DNA from: Squalus acanthias
Taxonomy: Eukaryota
Length of the DNA stretch: 64,000 nucleotides
Assembly: GCA_030390025.1 (NCBI GenBank)
Contig: CM059438.1
Span: forward strand, 69,504,001-69,568,000
Direction: 5' to 3'
Shown here piece by piece: positions 62,841-64,000 of the stretch; within the stretch, counting starts at the first letter, position 1; each line of letters opens with the position of its first letter. The notes under the pieces are model-generated. The model did not search any database. It saw only the letters and a list, made by a program, of their open reading frames with translations, and was not told where the DNA came from. Both the position numbers and the translations under genes were made by a program.

Positions 62841-64000
62841 GTGGGGTAGAGCTGGAATACCTCATGATCCTGTTTTTCATCAGTTTGTGGGTTTGCAGTA
62901 CCAGCTCACACTTGCTAAATTTGCAATCTCGGGGAAAAGTTGGACACAGTGGAGACGGCCAACAACTTGCAAAAGAGAGAGCTTAATAAGGATTTGTCAC
63001 TGAGCTAAATGGACAATGAAGTTCATTATAAACAAGATACTGCATATTAAGAAGCAGCTGTATGCTTTAATTGAGAGCTGGTATTCTGGAAGGATGAAAT
63101 CAAATAGGCCGGAAGACCTTCATCATCCAAACTTATCTTCTGATCTTGTGGTCACTGTGAATCATTCAATCCAATATCGCATCTATGCTGAATTTTAATG
63201 GCATAATCTGGACTCCTTATTCAGATGTGCCTGGCTGCATTCAGTAGAACTGAAAAATCTGTTACTTCTCTAACTTTTTGCAGTTCTGACAAAGGGTCAT
63301 CGACCTGAAAAGTTAACTGTTTCTCTCTCCACGCTGCTGCCTGACCTGCTGAGTATTTCCAGCATTTTCTGTTGTTATTTCAGTAGAACCGCTTTATTTA
63401 TAGGTAGAATGCATTTATTAATATATATTTATATATAATATACATTCATTAAAAGGTGTGTGCTCAAATGATTTGTTTGAATGGGGAGCAGAAAGCATTG
63501 TCAGAGGATGGGAGATCTGAGAAGTGGCCCAGCTGTCAGTTTATCCAGACAAGTGTCTACATTTACCCTAAAGGTGATTCCTATCATTTCTTATGCTGAT
63601 TCAGAGCCAGAGATTTCAAGTAGTTTCAAGTGGCAAATGAAGGTCGAGTTACAGGATAAACCTGACTTCTCTCGGCAATGCAAACGAGGTAGAAGCTCAC
63701 TATTTATCGCGTTCACTGAGCCACTTGATCATGTTGTTGCCTTGTAGCTGCCCTTTATTGTAGGGTATGTTTAACCAAGCAACATTGACTCTGGACTGCT
63801 GAAGGGAAGTGCAGCTGTGCAGTGTCATGCATGTTCATCCTTCCTTCACCTCAGACCGTTTCCAAAGTCTGTCAGCAGGAAACAAAGCGATTAGTGCAGT
63901 TTAGCCTAACCTGAAGACTAGTGTAATCCCCAGTGATGGGAAAACAGTATTTCTTCTATCACACAATCAGTTAAGGAAGCGGCAGCTTCCTCACTTGCCC

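Noticed and set aside
30619..64000. Next ASTN2 exon or a nested gene such as TRIM32
   Set aside because: No GGLIALL-like or RING/B-box/NHL peptide seen in the ORF track or by eye; very short exons cannot be excluded.

Overview
This is eukaryotic genomic DNA, most likely from a shark (chondrichthyan), judged from its repeat families: SacSINE1/Deu-type SINE, esterase-ORF1 CR1, L2, RTE, Penelope and Harbinger. The window is almost entirely intronic and contains one host coding exon, a 188-bp astrotactin-2 (ASTN2) exon at 30431-30618 (+). The flanking ASTN2 exons were not found in the window. The most notable content is an apparently intact two-gene PIF/Harbinger DNA transposon at 48115-52458 with a TAA target-site duplication (TSD). 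It carries an uninterrupted 386-aa DDE transposase and a convergent three-exon ~488-aa Myb/SANT-like gene that the ORF track shows only in pieces. The window also holds its 893-bp non-autonomous partner and several related MITE families, and both copies of the family sit in a similar palindromic 17-bp target. Other content: a near full-length decayed CR1, Penelope terminal repeats with hammerhead-ribozyme cores (one forms a 95-bp-arm hairpin with a 14-bp TSD), two solo LTRs with TSDs, nested SINEs, an LF-SINE-like relic and local inverted duplications. Family names come from recalled motifs, not database searches. I found no system that is clearly without precedent; the Harbinger family is the best candidate for an undescribed, possibly active element.
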